64,000 bases of DNA, taken from contig CAWFGB010000012.1 in NCBI GenBank assembly GCA_963815285.1, positions 194,777-258,776 of the forward strand, read 5' to 3'. This DNA is from an uncultured Acidobacteriota bacterium (lineage in GTDB: Bacteria; Acidobacteriota; Vicinamibacteria; Vicinamibacterales; UBA2999). Under the pieces are notes generated by a model. That model saw nothing but the letters and a program-made list of their open reading frames with translations. It was not told the origin of the DNA and did no database searches. The position numbers and the translations under genes are program-made. Positions 59,631 to 64,000 of the stretch are shown here, piece by piece (the stretch's first letter is position 1; each line of letters begins with the position of its first letter).

Positions 59631-60763
59631 AGGTCGCGTTGATCCATGACTGGCTGACCGGCATGCGCGGCGGTGAGCGCGCGCTGCTCGCCTTTTGTGA
59701 GATGTTCCCCGACGCCGACCTCTTCACGCTGGTCCGCGTGCCCGGCGCGACCGATCCGATTATCGAGCGGCGGCGCGTGCGCACGTCACCGATCCAGTTC
59801 CTCCCGTGGCCGGGGCGTCTGTATCGGCACTACCTGCCGCTTTTCCCGATAGCCATCGAGCAGTTCGACCTCGATGGCTACGATCTCGTCCTCAGCACCA
59901 GTCACTGCGCCGCCAAATCCGTGGTGGTGTCGGGACACACCCGTCACCTGTGCTATTGCCTCACGCCCATGCGCTACGCGTGGGATCAGTTCGACGCCTA
60001 CTTCGGGCCCGATCGGGTCGGACCGACAGTGAGCCGAATGATGCGCCCGTTGATGGCAACGATGGCCCGCTGGGATCGCGCGACCGAAGGCCGAGTACAC
60101 CGCTATCTCGCTATCTCTCAATACGTTGCACGGAGGATCGCGCTGTACTATAATCGCCAGTCAAGCATCGTGTACCCCCCCGTCGAGACGACGTTCTACA
60201 CACCCGCACCGTCCGGAACTCGAGTGGAACCCGTCGTGAGCGAGGGGCAAGCGGCGGGACTGCTCGTCGTGTCAGCCCTGGTACCCTATAAACGTGTTGA
60301 CCTCGCAATCAGAGCGGCCCGGCGCGCACAGTTGCCGCTGACCATCGTGGGCGACGGCCCCGAGCGCGACGCCCTCCAGACCCTCGCTGGTGAAGGCGTT
60401 CGATTTCTTGGCTGGTGCACGAACGAAGAGATCCGCGATCTGTATCGATCTTCAGTTGCGACCATCCTCCCTGGCGAAGAAGACTTCGGGATCGTGCCCC
60501 TCGAGGCGCAGGCATGCGGCCGCCCAGTGGTCGCCCTCGGCCGCGGCGGCGCGCTTGAAACTGTAATCGACGGAGAAACGGGCGTACTGGTGGAACCAGG
60601 CGAGGACGCCCTGGCCGAGGGTCTGCAGCGCGCGACGCGCACCACATGGGATAAGACCAGAATCCGGCAGCACGCAGAACGGTTCAGCCGCGACCGTTTC
60701 GTTCGTGAAATCGAGGGCGCCATCGATCAGACGATGGCGGTGCCGGCGGGTCAACGATGGTAA
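59627..60763 (+). CDS. Glycosyltransferase family 4 (GT-B)
   Basis: The GTG at 59627 (GTGA overlap) gives (M)KVALIHDWLTGMRGGERALL... with the C-terminal EEDFGIVPLEAQACGRPVV. The track's upstream extension overlaps the previous gene. Confidence 0.8.
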   Translation: MKVALIHDWLTGMRGGERALLAFCEMFPDADLFTLVRVPGATDPIIERRRVRTSPIQFLPWPGRLYRHYLPLFPIAIEQFDLDGYDLVLSTSHCAAKSVVVSGHTRHLCYCLTPMRYAWDQFDAYFGPDRVGPTVSRMMRPLMATMARWDRATEGRVHRYLAISQYVARRIALYYNRQSSIVYPPVETTFYTPAPSGTRVEPVVSEGQAAGLLVVSALVPYKRVDLAIRAARRAQLPLTIVGDGPERDALQTLAGEGVRFLGWCTNEEIRDLYRSSVATILPGEEDFGIVPLEAQACGRPVVALGRGGALETVIDGETGVLVEPGEDALAEGLQRATRTTWDKTRIRQHAERFSRDRFVREIEGAIDQTMAVPAGQRW

Positions 60764-62190
60764 AGCGGCACAATCGCCTGCTCGTTGCCTTTCACATCGT
60801 CACCGACGCTGTGCTCGGCATGGTGGCCTTCATCGCCGCCTATTTCAGCCGGTTTGAGACCGACCTCATTCCGACACCCAAGGGGCAGCCGCCCTTTGAG
60901 CAGTACGTCGACATCCTGCCCTACATCGCCGTCATCGTGCCGGTGGCGTTTCACGTGCAGGGTCTGTATCGGCTGCGGCGCGGGCGATCGCGCATCGACG
61001 ACTTCTTCAACGTCCTGGTCGGGAGCGTTCTCGCGGTCGTCTTCGGCATCGTCGTCACTCTCTACGTCGGGACGTATTACGTGCCGGACGTCGCACGCGA
61101 TGCCGGGGCCTATGAAGTATCCCGCGCGGTGTGGGGCATCTTCCTGATCTTCAATATCGCGCTCGGGTATCTGTCGCGCAAACTCGTCCGCGAAGCGCTG
61201 GAGCGGCGCTGGGTCGCGGGTGTCGGCTTGCGGCGCATTTTGATCGCCGGCGCCGGCGAACTGGGCCGCATGGTCGCCGACAAGATCCTGGAACACCGCG
61301 AGCTCGGATATCAGATCGTGGGTTTCGTGGACGATCGCGCCGGAGGCGATCACCTCGGTTACCGCGGACTGCCGCTGCTCGGCCGATTGAGCGAGGCCGC
61401 CGAGATTGTCCAGCGCGAGCGCGTCGACCATCTTTACGTGACCCTGCCGCTCGAAGAGCACATGAAGCTACTCGACCTCGTCGAATCGACGAGCCGCGAA
61501 GGGGTGGACGTGAAGGTGGTGCCGGACCTGCTCCAGTTCATCGCGCTCAGGGCGCGGCTCGAGGATCTCGACGGCGTTCCGGTGATCAACCTCAACGACG
61601 TGCCGCTTCAAGGTCTCAACGCGGCGGTCAAGCGGGTGCTCGACATCGCCATTTCGGCGGGGGCGCTGCTGCTGATGGCGATCCCGTCGCTCATCATTGC
61701 GGCGCTCATCAAGCGCGGTTCTCCAGGACCAGTCTTTTACCGGCAGGAGCGGATGGGGCTCGACGGCAAGCAGTTCGTCGTCTACAAATTCCGCACGATG
61801 CCGATGGATGCCGAGGACGAGGGCCCGGTCTGGGCGGATCAGGACGATCCTCGAGCCACTCCGGTCGGTCACTGGCTGCGCAAGCGCGACCTCGATGAGT
61901 GGCCCCAGTTCTGGAACGTGCTCAAGGGCGAGATGTCCATCGTCGGCCCGCGACCGGAGCGGCCATTCTTCGTCGAGCAGTTCAAGCACCGCATCCCGCA
62001 GTACATGCTGCGGCACAAGGTCAAGGCGGGAATTACCGGCTGGGCACAGGTCAACGGCTGGCGCGGCAACACGTCGCTCGAGAAGCGAATCGAATACGAC
62101 CTGTATTACATCGAGAACTGGTCGGTGTCGCTGGACCTGAAGATCATGTGGCTGACGCTCATACGCGGGGTCTTCCGGCACGCGGCGTAA
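60757..62190 (+). CDS. Priming polyprenyl-phosphate glycosylphosphotransferase (WbaP/exopolysaccharide biosynthesis type)
   Basis: N-terminal TM block, a central Rossmann-like region (RILIAGAGELG) and a C-terminal bacterial sugar transferase domain (PGPVFYRQERMGLDGKQFVVYKFRTM...KGEMSIVGPRPERP). Confidence 0.9.
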   Translation: MVKRHNRLLVAFHIVTDAVLGMVAFIAAYFSRFETDLIPTPKGQPPFEQYVDILPYIAVIVPVAFHVQGLYRLRRGRSRIDDFFNVLVGSVLAVVFGIVVTLYVGTYYVPDVARDAGAYEVSRAVWGIFLIFNIALGYLSRKLVREALERRWVAGVGLRRILIAGAGELGRMVADKILEHRELGYQIVGFVDDRAGGDHLGYRGLPLLGRLSEAAEIVQRERVDHLYVTLPLEEHMKLLDLVESTSREGVDVKVVPDLLQFIALRARLEDLDGVPVINLNDVPLQGLNAAVKRVLDIAISAGALLLMAIPSLIIAALIKRGSPGPVFYRQERMGLDGKQFVVYKFRTMPMDAEDEGPVWADQDDPRATPVGHWLRKRDLDEWPQFWNVLKGEMSIVGPRPERPFFVEQFKHRIPQYMLRHKVKAGITGWAQVNGWRGNTSLEKRIEYDLYYIENWSVSLDLKIMWLTLIRGVFRHAA

Positions 62191-62220
62191 GGCCGCGGGC
62201 GACCCTCAATCCCGAAGGCG

Positions 62221-63156
62221 CTACACCTTGGCGCGGAAGTAATCGATCGTAGAGGTCAGCCCGGTACGTAAATCGACCTTGGGTTCCCACCCCAGCAGCG
62301 TCCGCGCTCGGGTGATGTCGGGCTGTCGCACCTTGGGATCGTCTTCCGGCAGTGGCCGGTACACCAACTGACTCTTCGAGCCGGTCATCTCGATGATCAA
62401 GCGCGCGATCGCCTCAATCGTCATCTCGGCGGGATTGCCGATATTGACGGGATCGTTGATGTCCGACAACATCAGGCGGATGATGCCATCGACTTGATCG
62501 CTGATGTAACAAAAGCTGCGTGTCTGGCTGCCGTCGCCGAAGATCGTGACGTCCTCGTTCTTCAGGGCCTGAGAGATGAACGCAGGCACGGCGCGGCCGT
62601 CGCGGATGCGCATCCGCGGACCATAGGTGTTGAAGATGCGCACGATCTTGGCGTCAAGTCCGTGGTAGCGGTGATACGCGACGGTGATCGCTTCGGCGAA
62701 CCGCTTGGCTTCGTCGTAGACGCCGCGCGGGCCGATTGGGTTGACGTTGCCCCAGTAGGTTTCTTGCTGCGGGTGCTCGAGCGGATCGCCGTAGACCTCG
62801 GACGTCGAGGCGATGACGAAACGCGCCCCCTTCGCCTTAGCCAGCCCGAGTGCCTTGTGCGTTCCGAGAGCGCCGACTTTCAGCGTCGGGATCGGCAACT
62901 CGAGATAGTCGATTGGGCTGGCCGGACTGGCCCAGTGCAGCACGTAATGCACCGGCCCATCGATGTAGATGTAGTTGGTCACGTCGTGCTTGACGAACTC
63001 GAAATCGCGGTTGCGCAGGTGCGCGATGTTCGCGATATCTCCGGTCAGCAGATTGTCGATGCCGATGACCGCATAGCCGCGATCGAGCAACGCCTCAGCC
63101 AGGTGCGACCCGATGAACCCAGCCGCGCCGGTAACGACCACACGTTCCTGTGTCAT
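62221..63156 (-). CDS. UDP-glucuronate decarboxylase (UDP-xylose synthase)
   Basis: [14 protein letters not shown], ...[37 protein letters not shown]... and [12 protein letters not shown], which is strongly UXS-like. 311 aa. Confidence 0.9.
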   Translation of the reverse strand: MTQERVVVTGAAGFIGSHLAEALLDRGYAVIGIDNLLTGDIANIAHLRNRDFEFVKHDVTNYIYIDGPVHYVLHWASPASPIDYLELPIPTLKVGALGTHKALGLAKAKGARFVIASTSEVYGDPLEHPQQETYWGNVNPIGPRGVYDEAKRFAEAITVAYHRYHGLDAKIVRIFNTYGPRMRIRDGRAVPAFISQALKNEDVTIFGDGSQTRSFCYISDQVDGIIRLMLSDINDPVNIGNPAEMTIEAIARLIIEMTGSKSQLVYRPLPEDDPKVRQPDITRARTLLGWEPKVDLRTGLTSTIDYFRAKV

Positions 63157-63264
63157 GAGTAAACCTGATTATGGCTCAGTCCGAACAGATGAAGTGGGGC
63201 GCCGCGGTTCGCAGGCGAGCAGTCGTGTTGCGGAAGTCGGCGCGCCGCGCCTTGGGTCGGACCC

Positions 63265-63822
63265 TCACTGGTTGATGATGCGCGCGACTCGAAAGACGTA
63301 ATCGATGCCCGAGGCCAGCGTGATCGCTAGCGAGCCCCAGATGAACGCGTCCACGACCACCGACGTCGTCCCCAGGTAGTTGTAAAACATCACCACGACG
63401 CAGGTAACGATGAAGAACGCCGTCGCCGCCTTTCCCAGCAGCGACGGCTTGAACGTACGCGGTCCCATGGCCAGACTCACCAAGGCGACGGTCAGCACGA
63501 TACCCACGTCACGGCTGATGACGATCACCGTCAGCCAGATCGGAATGCGATTGACGAGCCCAAGATTCGGCAGGGTCAGCACTACGAATGTAGTGACCAG
63601 CAGGAGCTTGTCCGCCGCCGGATCGAGCCAGGCACCGAGGGTTGTCTTCTGCCCCGCTTGTCGCGCGGCGAGGCCATCGAAGGCGTCGGTGGCGCCAGCG
63701 ATCAGAAAGACGACGAGCGCCCAGCCGAACCGGCCGTACACCACGAGCAGCACGAAAGCCGGTATCAGCAGCATGCGGAGCAGCGTCAACTGATTGGCGA
63801 CAGTGAAGATCGGCTCGCTCAC
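63265..63822 (-). CDS. pgsA: CDP-alcohol phosphatidyltransferase (PgsA-like)
   Basis: ATDAFDGLAARQAGQKTTLGAWLDPAADK matches the motif DG(x2)AR(x8)G(x3)D(x3)D. 185 aa, multi-TM. The GTG start overlaps the upstream gene's stop (GTGA). Confidence 0.8.
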   Translation of the reverse strand: MSEPIFTVANQLTLLRMLLIPAFVLLVVYGRFGWALVVFLIAGATDAFDGLAARQAGQKTTLGAWLDPAADKLLLVTTFVVLTLPNLGLVNRIPIWLTVIVISRDVGIVLTVALVSLAMGPRTFKPSLLGKAATAFFIVTCVVVMFYNYLGTTSVVVDAFIWGSLAITLASGIDYVFRVARIINQ

Positions 63823-64000
63823 TGCGCCAGCGCTTCGAGGCGGGTCACGACTTCGACCGCTTCCGCACCCGAGACGGGCCGCAGCAGCTGGAACGTCCCC
63901 GTCTCGGTCAGCGGCATGACGCCCGACGCTACGGCGGTGGACACTGACGGATAGCTCAGGTGGTTTGGAGGTACGTCCGGGATCTTCTGTTTCGCGCCCG
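63819..64000 (-). CDS. 3' end of an unidentified gene running off the right window edge
   Basis: Not in the ORF track. Hand translation of the minus strand gives ...GAKQKIPDVPPNHLSYPSVSTAVASGVMPLTETGTFQLLRPVSGAEAVEVVTRLEALAQ*, with the stop at 63821-63819 overlapping the pgsA start. Function is not recognisable from 60 residues. Confidence 0.4.
   Translation of the reverse strand, partial: GAKQKIPDVPPNHLSYPSVSTAVASGVMPLTETGTFQLLRPVSGAEAVEVVTRLEALAQ

Overview
This is a high-GC bacterial chromosomal window, roughly two-thirds G+C by eye (not computed). It is densely coding, with no rRNA, CRISPR, transposase or integrase genes. The gene content points to Acidobacteriota, which is an inference only. 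Supporting genes are carboxypeptidase-regulatory-domain TonB-dependent receptors, an ADOP-type duplicated FtsX permease and a DUF1587/DUF1592 cytochrome-c-motif protein.

Gene order, left to right:
- a partial DUF1592-family gene that is missing from the ORF track because it runs off the window edge
- a frameshifted TonB-dependent receptor
- argG
- a form-II coxSLM-like molybdo-hydroxylase cluster with coxD (MoxR) and coxE (VWA), and a translationally coupled S9 peptidase
- ilvD, an S4-domain protein and a UPF0182 membrane protein
- an FAD oxidoreductase and a second TonB-dependent receptor
- a stand-alone AmmeMemoRadiSam radical-SAM gene, moaA and a bacilliredoxin
- an amidohydrolase and a diaminopropionate ammonia-lyase
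- a MacA / ABC-ATPase / ADOP-permease efflux operon
- an operon of a second ABC ATPase, an NtrC-type sigma54 activator and a histidine kinase
- a zinc-ribbon-anchored trypsin-like protease
- sua5, a DUF3810 protein, an FN3 protein, tRNA-Pro(GGG), a MerR regulator and der
- an IHF/HU gene, an M50 protease, priA, a family-4 UDG, coaBC, gmk and yicC
- an exopolysaccharide-type locus: MsbA-like ABC exporter, galE, ugd, five glycosyltransferases, a priming polyprenyl glycosylphosphotransferase and a UDP-xylose synthase
- pgsA and a partial gene at the right edge

Most interesting observations:
1. A near-consensus sigma54 -24/-12 promoter sits just downstream of a perfect IHF consensus site, upstream of the efflux operon. 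The nearby ATPase / sigma54-activator / kinase operon encodes a kinase with almost no periplasmic loop. Together these suggest a transporter-coupled sensing circuit.
2. A 213-bp element bounded by 25-bp imperfect inverted repeats (22/25) lies between coaBC and the UDG gene. It is filled with short tandem arrays, and its arms overlap the coaBC stop region and the UDG start codon.
3. A family of 7-10-bp intergenic tandem repeats recurs at several gene boundaries. One is a canonical G-quadruplex motif. Another pair brackets a small secreted-protein ORF.

All calls rest on hand inspection of the sequence and the supplied translations. No database search or structure computation was possible.
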